Of a DNA stretch of 61,331 nucleotides, positions 1 to 10,800 are shown piece after piece. The DNA comes from Psammoneis japonica (Eukaryota): positions 1 through 61,331 of the forward strand of contig QPGO01000311.1 of NCBI GenBank assembly GCA_008632985.1, read 5' to 3'. Position numbers and translations under genes: made by a program. The notes below the pieces were generated by a model. It was not told where the DNA came from. It saw only the letters and a list, made by a program, of their open reading frames with translations, and did no database searches. Every line of letters starts with the position of its first letter. Positions within the stretch are counted from its first letter, which is position 1.

Positions 1-73
1 CCATGACCAAAGCTTCTGGCCCAATTTTCCCATCCTTGTCATTGACTCCTGCAACAGTTGTGGACTGCATTTC

Positions 74-2579
74 TCAACGTGTGAGTGATTTGATGCAGGC
101 TCCAATGCCATCAACCTCTCCTTTGCCATGTCCAGGTGCTCCAATGGCACGGTCAAACACAATGTTGCACTTGTGCGCAAAGACAGACAACAAGTGCAGT
201 GCCAAAGCACATTGGCATTGTTTGGCACAACCATCAGTGTGATCCCAAATCACAAGCCACACCTCACACAGGCTGTGGTTTTTTAACCAGGTGACAAACT
301 TTTCCAAGTGAGCATTGGTGGTGGTGGCATCTTGCTTGGAAGAGTCAGAGAGATGCGCATGATGTGTTTTCTGAAGCTCGTTGTCAACCATTGCATCGCA
401 AACTCTTCCTTCAATTGACAATGTTTGGTTGTTGCCACAATGGTCACCCTGAACTTGGTTGTTGAACTCTGCCTTCTGACACTCAGAGTGGTCATGAGAC
501 ATGAACAGGCTGTTGGGTGTTGACTCAAATGCTTTGCGACGCATTTCCATGCAATGATTTTTCCCAAGAATGACCACGTGGGGAAGGTGGCAGTGGAGCT
601 TCTTTAAACTTGGAATGCAGTGCTCTTTCACAAAGACACCGACTGGTTTTCGGAACCTTGTCAACAAGGTCCTACGTTTCACCTTTGCATCCTTGTTCCC
701 ATCTGGATCTGCCTCACAAAACAGGACATGCTTCCATGTGCACACCATGCTTGGAACAACTTTTTACAGTCAAGTGACATTGAAACAAAACTTGGGGCAC
801 ACTGGGACTTTCATTCTGTTCCAACAATGGCATTGGATGGGATGGGCAATGCTCACATTCACCCAAAATGCATTTCCAATGAGGATGATCCTGACCATTG
901 ACATTGCCACAAATGATGGTTGCAACTGCATCTCGGGCTTTAGGATGAAGGTGATGGCCATTGGGGCCAAACGCTTCCTCTTGACAGACACGCATTGTTT
1001 CCTCCAATTTGCCAAAGGCACTGTCACAGTTCTCCAAGTTCTCAGGATCCTCACTCACAAGCTTCAACCGATTTTGCTCCACCTCCATCTCTTTTAAAAG
1101 CTTCCTTCGAAACCTGTTCAGTGCATCTTGTAGAAAATTGGCGTTGGTGCAATCGCTGCATTGACACATGCTGCATTGACTTGCATTCATTTTTCGACAC
1201 TGCTTGGGAATCAAAAATCGAAACATCATGTCACTGATGAGGGTCTTGCCATTGGCATCACGTGCATCTTCGAATCCGCCAACAGACACAGGCTTCAACA
1301 TGTCATTGCACAGCTCACGTGTGGACACATTGCGCAACCATTTGTTCACTCGTTTCTTGTTTCCATCTTCATCTTTAATGAGAATCATGTCTCATGTGTT
1401 GGGAGACTGCACTGTGTCAGGATGATTTGACAACCAGTGCACAAATGCCTTTCAGATCTCAGGGGAAACTTTGTGAGGACGCTGACAGGGTTGCACTGAA
1501 GACCACATGACATCGTCAGTGTTTGAAATCAATGCCTCTCTGGCAATCTTTCCCTTCTTCATTTGGCGACAAACAGTGCTCCGTTTCAGGCCAAGTGCCT
1601 TGGCACAGTCATGGGAAGACAATTTTTCCTCTTCAGCAGATTTTTCTGGTGAACCGGAGATTCCAGTTGCCAGAGCATGGACAAACGATTTTTTGTCGTC
1701 GGTGAGGTGTTGACCATTGCTGGTGTCATTGGCACGTGCCCACATTTTGCCCAACTGCTTGGTGATTTGCAAGGCTGCAGAATTTGTTTTCGGCAATGTC
1801 AAATTACAAGCCTGAAGAAATGGGGCCATTTTGGGAAAATGCAAAGCATGCACAAACGCACAGATTTGTTGTTCTTGAGTGGCAGCGCAAGACAACACTC
1901 CTTCTCTTGCTTTGACCGCTGCATGACAAAGTGCCTGTTGGGGATCTTTGTGGGTTGCTTTGAATGCATGAGGATTAAAAGTGGGGCAACCTTGGGAGGC
2001 GGTGAGGTTGACAGCAGTTCGGTTGGCCGAAGCGACAGAGGGAGTGACGGTGGCATTGTCAGAGTTGGAGTTGGAGGGAGTGGCGGCCGCTCCTGCAGTG
2101 TGCATTTGGGAGGGGCCTGGCTGTCTTGGCAAGGACAACCCTGGACAATGAGTGGGGTGTTCCTTGGAGGTGTTCAGGTTGAAAGCAGCCAGGTCGGTGG
2201 GAGCAACGGAGGGAGTGACGGTGGCATTGTCAGAGTCAGGGTTGGAGGGAGTGGCGGCTGCTCCTGCAGTGTGCATTTGGGAGGGGCCTGGCAGTCTTGG
2301 CAAGGACGACACTGGACAATGAGTGAGGTGTTCTGTGGAGGGGTTTGGGTTGAAAGCAGCCAGGTCAGTGGGAGCAATGGAGGGAGTGACGGAGGCAGCA
2401 GAGCTCAGGTTGTTCGGGTTGGAGGGAGTGGCTGCAGCTGCTTCAGCTGCTGCAACGACATGGGCGGAGACCATGGAGTGTGTTTCAAGTTCACGACGAG
2501 ACTTCTTGTTTTTGCTGTTGCCAGTCCCTGACTTGTGTCGACAGCCAACTCCATTTTGCTTCTTCCTCTTGTTGCCCAT
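74..2579 (-). pseudogene. Fragmented transposase (ORFs 1452-2579, 714-1388, 74-748)
   Basis: Motifs DHTDGCAKQCQC and DRAIGAPGHGKGEVDGIG resemble the DGCxxQY...HGKGxxDGxG core of eukaryotic DDE transposases. A Cys-rich segment (KCILGECEHC) is present. The reading frame is broken and expected Tyr residues appear as Cys/His. Confidence 0.7.
2040..2392. repeat. 171-bp in-frame tandem repeat (two full units plus the start of a third) in the transposase N-terminal region
   Basis: GGGAGTGACGG recurs at 2040, 2211 and 2382; the peptide repeat TPSVAPTDLAAFN...PGPSQMHTAGAAATPSN is visible in ORF 1452-2579. Confidence 0.95.
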
Positions 2580-3236
2580 GATGTGCTGGAAATTTGATTA
2601 AAAGTGTGCATCGAGAGGGCTGGTGGATGAGATGGATGGCAAGTCGAGAGGACACATTTTTTTGGCATGCTCAATCAAATTAACTGCACCGTGTCTGTAG
2701 AAATGAGGCATGTTCGGACGTCAGTTGAGTTGAAGAAGACCAAACACACGAGCTCCGAAAAATGAAAAAGTGAGTGATCACGAGCATTTTTCACGCAGAA
2801 TGGGACACCAGCCGAAAATCACATTTAGCACAATTGAGTCCTTCATTTTTGATCATTTCGAAAATCAAAAGGTGAGTGCACACCCAAAACACATGTAAAG
2901 TGTACACTTGCCCTTCGATTTGGCAAAAAACGGATTTTGAAAAAGTCATTTGCACCAAACCTAAAAATGGGCCAACGATGGGAATCGATCCCACGTGGAG
3001 CACCTGGAGCTGGAACAGGCCTGCTTGAACACACCTGGCATGCTTTTGTTCTCACAAATGCAAAAAACAACGAGTCTTTGGCTTGACAAAACAGGGAATG
3101 TGGGGAAATTTTGCAGAAGAGCACATGCAGAAATGTGTGCGTGCGACATGCATGACAAAAAATGTTCTCACAGCACATGCCAGCAAGCTCCTGCCTGGGG
3201 CTGGAGAGCAGTGCATGCAATGTGCGGCAGGGTGAT

Positions 3237-3269
3237 NNNNNNNNNNNNNNNNNNNNNNNNNNNNNNNNN
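3237..3269. other. Assembly gap (N run) next to a poly-C tract
   Basis: Ns in sequence. Confidence 1.
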
Positions 3270-5861
3270 CCCCCCCCCCAGCCCATTTCAAGTGCAATCA
3301 TCATCGGTGAGCAAAAGCTGCATGACAAACAACCACAACAAAACAACTTGAAACTGCTTCTCAAAAGACATTGAAAGTTGAAAGCCATCAAACACCACCA
3401 TGACAGACAGTCCCTTTGCAACAGAGAGGGGAGCAGGCTGCACTGGTCTGTTCATCAAAGCACTCCTTTTCTTTCTTCAACAGAGCCAAGTGAAAGCAAT
3501 GATGAGCAACCCAGATGGAAATGGCGACAGACCACCACTGACAAGAAAAGCTCTGACATGATCATTGTCAACTGCAATGACAACCCCAACACCAGCAGCA
3601 GCAACTGCAAATTCGTGTGAGCACTCAACAGTGATGGCAGTGGCAGCAGCATTGTGCTTCACTCCCAGACACAGTGACATGCAAGAGTGGGTGGATTTCT
3701 GCTCACACATCAAAGCTGCACCACCCAAGCATGTCAACAAATCTTTGGCTCACATGAGAAAAGTGGCCAGCACAATTCTTGAATGGTTGCATCTGGAATC
3801 ACAGAGCAATGATGGTTCCAGCAGCGGTCCTTGTGCACGGAATTGCTTCAAAGGTCTTCAACAGGCTGGCATGGCTTTTGTTGTCAATGAAGACACTCTG
3901 GATTGCTTTGATGCATCATGTGAAAAATGCAGGAGTTGGGTTGCCTGTGGTGTGCTCAGAAAAAACTGCATGGACAACCGTGGAGAGATTGTCATCCCTG
4001 GGAAACACATTTGGTGGGACCTCCATCAGTTTGTTTGGAAAGGAGGTGATGCTGTTTTGTCACCTGGCCATTGGAGCACAAGCACCAGCAAGGAGACATG
4101 TTGACAATTTCTCCCAATCACCAAGATCTGTGGGATGAACATGATGGCTCCTGCACAATGTTTCTCAGAATCCCGCACCCAGCCAATTCTGCAGCTCCAA
4201 GCAGATTGTTCCATGGCTTGCACATTTGTGGTCAATTTTTTTATGATCCACTGCCATCAAGCCATTCACCCAGAGGTGGCCCCACTTTTGAACACCTGGC
4301 CCAGTGTTGCAGGTGCAGCATGCAGCGTCCAAGAAAGCAACAAGACTCCCATGTTGGCAAAATTGGCTCAACTCATGCATCCAACAAAACTGGGTGCTCA
4401 TGGCAGATCCATTGGAAATGGCAAAGGAAGTTTGCCTGGCTGCCAACATGTGGCTTTTTTCTCTGATGACAATGAGATGGAGACAAAGACACAGCACATT
4501 TTGTGCTCAACCTTGGGTGCTGTCTGAGTCACAAGATTGCCCCCAAGCCAAAATGCAAGATCACATTTGAGGATTTTGGGTTTTCTTTCAAGGATGTCCT
4601 GTGTGGTCTCTTGAAAAAAAGAAACACTGGGATCAATGATGTGTTCCTTCCAGATGGAATCAATGTTGGAAGTCACTCAAATCCCAAAACTGTCTGTGAT
4701 TTGGTGAAGCACCAATGGGAACATGGAGCTCTGTGCTGTTGAATCCATGTGCACAAGGGTCACAACAAAATGGACTGATGTGTCAAAGGGCCAAAAATGC
4801 AGTTCACAAACAATTTTCCCTGCATCACCACACTTGGTGGTTCCCTCACTGGGTGCAAAAGCAGCAAGGGGGGCTTTTCTTTCTTGTGCAAGAGCCCTTT
4901 TGAGCGCAGCCACTCAAGAACTTCAGCCTCGAGTTGCTGAGAAAGATGAGTTGACATGGTGTTTGTGTTGCATGGCAAATGATGATGCAATCAAGATGCC
5001 CAATGGGACCATCTTTGACATGAATCCAGAAGATGTCTCATTGCTGCTGGAGGACTTGAGTGCACTTTCTGGGGGTTTCCCCCCGTGCCCCCACCACTTC
5101 ACATGAGGAATGCCAGAAGGAGGTGGAAATCCAAGAATTTTTCAAAGCCCTTTTGATGCCCAACTGGGAACCTGGGCAGGCTCATCACTTCCAATGCAGC
5201 AATCCTGAGTGGGCTCATTGCTCAGAAAGCACCCACGGGAATGGAAACAGCTCTCCACGGTGATGTGCAGACAACACCAGCAAATGCAAAGTGATCAAGG
5301 TTGTTGATGCCGCTGCATGTGAAGGTGAAGGAATCAAAGTTGAGTGTGAGTCCAAGGGTGGTGGAAAAGAATCAACATCAACCTGGTGTGGCAACTGAGC
5401 TGCCGTCATGGGGAGGGCACTCCCATCAGAGATTGACCTCTTGTGCCCACTGCGGTGACAGAGGGTGCGAGCATCCACCAGACACATTCACTGCAACCAT
5501 TGCATTGAGCTCTCATGCCCACTGTGTCGTCACTGTTCTGTGCAAATGCTCAATCTGCCGTGCTCTGCAACACAACTGTGCAAACTCAGATGGGACGCAC
5601 TGTGGTGTGATGTGCAAAAACAAGCGTCTCTCTTCAGAGAGGTCTGTCACGGATGAAGAGACACATTTCTCCATTGCTTTTGATCAACAAGGCAGAATGC
5701 AGGCTGGGAGCTGGGAACCCTGCTCTGCCTGCTTGTTCTGCCAGGTGCCGGTGCCGGCCGACACAGCCTCCACATCATGGTCTTGGTCTTGTCTCATGCA
5801 TCCAGCCTCCATCCATCCGCACGCACGACGCACGGAACACACCCCATCAAGACTCCTCCAG

Positions 5862-6092
5862 CCTCCAGCCAGCGCAGCGCAGCTGTTGGCTAAAAAATGT
5901 CTGCCCATCAGTGGTTTTGGGGGTTTTGCTTGTGCATTTTTCATTTTTACGTACGAAAAAGACGACTCTGTCTGTCCAGCGTTCACCGAATCTGGCAAAC
6001 CCCCCAAACGCACAGATTGACAGGCTCTTTCAGTACAAATTCTACGTACACAAGTTTCTCTGGCCAGCTGGCTGGAGAGGTCCCCCACATTG
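5862..6092. mobile_element. Degenerate tandem copy of the MITE at 6110-6322
   Basis: Aligns along its length with 6110-6322 (CCAGCCAGC...GGGGGTTTTGC...GTCCAGCGTTCACC...CAGCTGGCTGGAGA) but carries short insertions. Confidence 0.8.
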
Positions 6093-6109
6093 GAAGATCC
6101 ACATCACCA

Positions 6110-6322
6110 CATTGGGGGAAGTCTCCAGCCAGCTGCTGGCTGAAAAAAGTCTGCTCGTCAGTGCGTTTGGGGGTTTTGCAAGTACAATTTTTACGTACGC
6201 AAAAGAAGACGAGTCTGTCCAGCGTTCACCAAATCCCCTAACGCACAGATCGACAGACTTTTTCAGTACAATTTCTACACAAAATTCTTCAGCCAGCAGC
6301 TGGCTGGAGACTTCCCCCAACA
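6110..6322. mobile_element. MITE with ~33-bp terminal inverted repeats, probably Tc1/mariner type (TA target)
   Basis: TTGGGGGAAGTCTCCAGCCAGCTGCTGGCTGAA at the left end is the inverse of TTCAGCCAGCAGCTGGCTGGAGACTTCCCCCAA at the right end. A related copy lies at 39245-39457. Confidence 0.85.
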
Positions 6323-6424
6323 TCACACATCACCCATCAACATCACACAAACTAGTATCTAGAGTTTCCCTAAACCAATAAACGAAGGAAATCTCAACCG
6401 ACAAACGTCAATAATACCTGTACA

Positions 6425-7687
6425 ATGCATCTTGAAACTAGAAAGATGCAAGTGCTAGTGGTGGTGACGGTGTTGCTCGCATGCCGGCCATCGTGTGTTA
6501 CTTCCTTTGCCAGCACAACTCTGTCCGTCAAGGCTGGGTATAATAGTGTACAAAACTGCAAACAACAACAACAACAACAAGTCAACACCAAGCTTGACAG
6601 TGTCGTTTCAGATGCTACGGATGGAGGAGGGAAAAAATTTATGTACATGACCAAAGAACAAGATGAAGAACTACGAAGAAAAGGTGACGAAGAAGCAGAT
6701 CTCATGAAGTACAATCTGTCACCTCTCAAGGCCAACAAAGTTCGGGCCGTGGGTGGATCTGGAGGATTCGGCGGCGGTGGCGGCGGCAAACCGAATCTCA
6801 AAGCACAAGCCAAGGAGCATGCCAAAGTATTGAAACGAGATGGTGTCGTGAGAATTGACAATGTACTGAGTTCCAAGTTGGCAGATGAGCTGCGGGACTA
6901 CTTGATTGACTTGCGCCGACGAGGAACGGCAGATATCGAAGCGGGTGTCGTTCAAGATTCGCAGGAACGATTTGCGGATGTCTTGCTGAATCAGAATCGA
7001 TGTGATTTGAAAATTCCTTTAGGACCATCGGCTGTCAATAACGCATTGCATCACGTCATGAGCAAGACTTGTATTCCCCGATTGATTGAGCATGTCTTTG
7101 GTGCATACGGCGGGGGTGGAAACCAGGCCACATTGTATGAGTTGAATTGCTTCATGTCCAATTCAGGAGCAAGACGTCAATTGGTACATGCTGACAATGC
7201 GTGCGTTTCGCCCGAGACTGGATTGCACCCGGACGAGCCAATCATGTTGACATGCTTTATCGCTCTTCAGGATGTGGACGCATCCATGGGACCCACAGTT
7301 TGGATACCAGGGACACACAATGTGGAATCTCATGAGCTCTTTTATGAAACAAACAACCACTCAAATGAAAAGTCTACAAAGGATCGGTTGCTCCGAAACA
7401 GAAAGAAAGTGCTGGGTACGCTACCCAGGGGAGCTTGTGTTGTTTTCGATCCACGAACTCTGCACTGTGCCGGAGGAAACGTGTGCCAAGATCTCGACAA
7501 GACTAGAGCGCTCTTTTACATTTCTTTTAAAAATCCCAGAGTCGATTCACCAGGATGCCCATCCACTAGCGGCTATGGCATCGCCACGGCAGAAATGACA
7601 TTGAAACAATTGTGCAAAGAGCTGGACGCGCAACAAACTGGTAAAGGAGATACAACTCGACTAGACGCATTGGCTTGCTTTCCTTAA
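6425..7687 (+). CDS. Phytanoyl-CoA dioxygenase (PhyH)-family Fe(II)/2-oxoglutarate dioxygenase, probably plastid-targeted
   Basis: HxD motif QLVHAD, CFIALQDV..MGPTVWIPGTH, distal His in LHCAGGN and the RALFY Arg. The hydrophobic signal peptide is followed by VTS-FAST, resembling the diatom ASA-F cleavage motif. The start may be the Met at 6446. Confidence 0.85.
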   Translation: MHLETRKMQVLVVVTVLLACRPSCVTSFASTTLSVKAGYNSVQNCKQQQQQQVNTKLDSVVSDATDGGGKKFMYMTKEQDEELRRKGDEEADLMKYNLSPLKANKVRAVGGSGGFGGGGGGKPNLKAQAKEHAKVLKRDGVVRIDNVLSSKLADELRDYLIDLRRRGTADIEAGVVQDSQERFADVLLNQNRCDLKIPLGPSAVNNALHHVMSKTCIPRLIEHVFGAYGGGGNQATLYELNCFMSNSGARRQLVHADNACVSPETGLHPDEPIMLTCFIALQDVDASMGPTVWIPGTHNVESHELFYETNNHSNEKSTKDRLLRNRKKVLGTLPRGACVVFDPRTLHCAGGNVCQDLDKTRALFYISFKNPRVDSPGCPSTSGYGIATAEMTLKQLCKELDAQQTGKGDTTRLDALACFP

Positions 7688-7807
7688 AATTTAGATAATT
7701 TAAAAAACAATGCAACAATAATGATAATAAGTGCTTGCGAAGCTTTCGTTATGCCTAGCAATTATTGTAGTACCCATGCGGTTTCGGTGCCATAGGGATC
7801 GTCGCAT

Positions 7808-10800
7808 CTAGAGATTCGACCACATGAAGTGTAGCAGATAATTCATAAAGGCTTGTGCGGCGCGACTTCGAATACCATCACGCGTATTGCCATGCGCCTT
7901 TGAGAGAACTCTACAGTCAGCCAAGCTCCCTTCTTTATTGATTTGAAAGGCTAAGAATACGTCGTGAGCCTTGAAATAGAAAACGTAATGCGAAATCTTG
8001 TCTTTATCATCCGAAAACAGCCAACAAGGTTCAAACGGAGTTTGCTTGCTCATTGATACACAGCAAGAGGTCCAGTCAATGCAAGTATCATTGTTTTTGT
8101 CGATCAAAAGTGATCCTAGCCGCGGGTCGACTTTTGCCAGTGACTCGTGGTCTACCAATGCACAGAAATGCTCGTAAAGCGCCCGGTTCGAAATACGATT
8201 GTCATTTTTCAATTTACCAGAGAAATAACTCCACAGTTTATCTCGTCGGATTTTTTCCGCCACAGCCAAAAGCGCAGTCTTTGCTATTCGAGCGCTTTCA
8301 ATTCTTACCCAATCGTAAATGGGCAGAGCGTAAAGAGAGTCATCCCGCCGCACCTGATGCTCAAGACTCTCGCCGCCATTTGTACACAAAATTATCGCTT
8401 CCAAAGCTTGACTCTCTCCAGGAGCGTCGGTCAAAAAGCAGAATGCTAGAAAAAAGGAGAAACCGGCGACAAAAGTAAGTTTCGATTCCATCCCTTCAAC
8501 TCCACACAAACGACGGCATCAAACGTCAAACTCACACCGGGTCTTGAAGACACTCAGGGTCTCGTTATAACAAACCACATTTTCGTCGCACTGAAAGAAT
8601 CCGAAAGCACCAGCATTGGCTTTCAAGTGGCCAAGCAAAGTCGGAGCATCAAACAGCGATATCAAGTCGCTTTTGTAAGATGAAAGCACCAGCCTGGCTT
8701 TGAACAGCCTCCAACTGACTCCCGATGGTAACCTGCCAAAACGAAGCAAAGATTGAGCAACGGAAAATAAAATGGCTCATGGCAGACCTGGTCCATTTGA
8801 CGTACCGTCTCTGAATACCCGTCGTGAATCTTGACATTGTCTGACGCATCAAACATCCTATATCCGGCTGTATCTCTCTCTTACTCGCTAGATGTTCCAA
8901 GTAGGAAGCGACAAAAGAGAATACCTCGCCCCCAAGGTCCAAAGCTCCCTATCACCGAAGAAAAGAAACAGCAGTCGGCGAAGCCTGAATGAGATACTGT
9001 AGGATGGAAGAGACGAATCGCAAGACTGTCTTCAGCGGAAAACTTACGTTCTTTCCTGAAGCGTACGCATCTATGACATGAATTTGTCGTTCAACGCGTA
9101 CGCTGTCTCTTCTTCGTTTCGGCTTCTTGGAGTCGGTACACGGAAGGGTTACAACCCAGCTGTTTAACTGCACCACAGGTTTTCGAGGCCTTTCCCAGTC
9201 ACGATAGAATGTAGATATTGCTAAGACAAGAATATGGCGAAAGCTTCGTGATCTCCGGTGTTCATTCCAGAGATATACACATCTCGGCGAGGCTGGCGAC
9301 GGACTAAGCCCATCTTCAGTTGTTTTCGCACCTCGCAACTGTAAAGGTAGAAAGCCTTTATTCTCAATCAGGTTTCGAGCGATCGATTTACTAGCCATCT
9401 TCAAAATGTGAGGCGGCAATGGTAGCAGCTCACAAGCAGCACTCCTGTGAAACGTCGACTGCGTTAACACAAACTGCAGCATCGGAGAGGACAACTTGAA
9501 GCCATTGTCATTCCACCAACCGCTGCTGAGCAACTGAAGCAATACTTCTACTCTTGAAGACAGCGATGACGACGAAGAGCCCATAACCGCGTGACGGATT
9601 CTCTCGTAGTCATTGAAGAACTCTACAAGGGCGGGATCATCTTTCTTGATTTCTGGCTTCTGCTGAAGAGCTACATCAGCGGATCCTTTGGTTCTCGTAA
9701 GTTGCCCGGTTCTAGACCGTGACGTCTGGGCTTTTACATAATTCTTTTGACTTTTACCAACCGGCCCTGGACCTTGAGCACTGCCTCTGAAACGACTAGC
9801 ACTTGCCCGAAGTCGTGACGCAGCCATAGCTTGCATTGCTGCTCCTTCTACAGACTTCCCAATCAGCTTCGGTCGTCGTATAGGCTTTGGATGGATTGTT
9901 TTGGGTGCGTCTCTTGCACTGGCTGTGGTCTTCGTTTGTGTCGTATCCGAGGGAGCAGTCTCGACCTTCGTTTCGGGTTCGCCGTCGACAGAAGACGTTT
10001 TGGGCCGCTTTTCAATTAATCGTCCGATCGGAGGTGAGAGCGGACCTAAGCAACGAAGCTGAGTTTTCTGTAAAGTATGACTTTCAATATGACCATACGT
10101 TTCATCAATCTCTGTAATTCGTGACGTGACACTGTGCAAAAAGGAAAAGAAAGTAGATCAACAACCTAACTGACCCGACAAAATGGGAAGACGGGAAATA
10201 AATTACTTTCACTTACTGCTTCAGCCTTGACGGTTCCCAATTATACGTGAAAAGCAAGCGCCGCCCCCGGGAGACAACCAAGACGAATGCCAGTGAGCGC
10301 CAAAAGGCGGGAGGACGCGCCTTCTTCAAAGCCAGCATAGCCTCTGCAAAGGCCCCAGACTTTCTGTCATTCGATATACCTTCGCCAATGGTCACCTCCC
10401 GAAACAAAAGGGATTGTAATTGCGGGGGTGGGACACTCTCATTTTCCTGCAAATACCGGTGAAAACAGTAGAAGCAAATATAGATGGGACAGTCGATCTG
10501 CGCATCCCGTAGTGGCGTTGAGCGATTATGTTGAATTGGTCGCACATACGAGACACTGCCCTGCGTCTCCCTGATAAATCGCACAGGGACCGGATCTTGA
10601 TTTTCCAGCGTTCGCACAATTGTAAGCCCAGGTAGATCAATCAAAGACTCCCACGCAGCCTTCTTTTCGTTCAAGAGAGGAGGCAAGAGGCATTTCTCTA
10701 AGAGCTCAAGGGTCAGTTTAGCCAATGACGACGCCTGAATTATCCCGCTACGAACGAACCGCTGAATTGCCGGATGCGGAAGACTATAGGACGACTGCAG

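Larger units (their letters stand above)
1..3021 (-). mobile_element. Degenerate cut-and-paste DNA transposon (DDE-type, tentatively Sola-like); only one end lies in the window
   Basis: Terminus at 3021 reads GGCCTGTTCCAGCTCCAGGTG on the minus strand. The ~230 bp next to it matches the MITE at 54290-54550. Internal broken transposase ORFs are present. Confidence 0.75.
1..5880. other. TpA-depleted, CpG-reduced domain 1 (transposon plus unidentified degenerate coding DNA at ~3400-5650)
   Basis: By eye only one TA in bases 1-600 (TTTTAACC near 281). TG/CA are abundant and the six-frame ORFs are rich in Cys/His and nearly lack Tyr. Confidence 0.95.
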
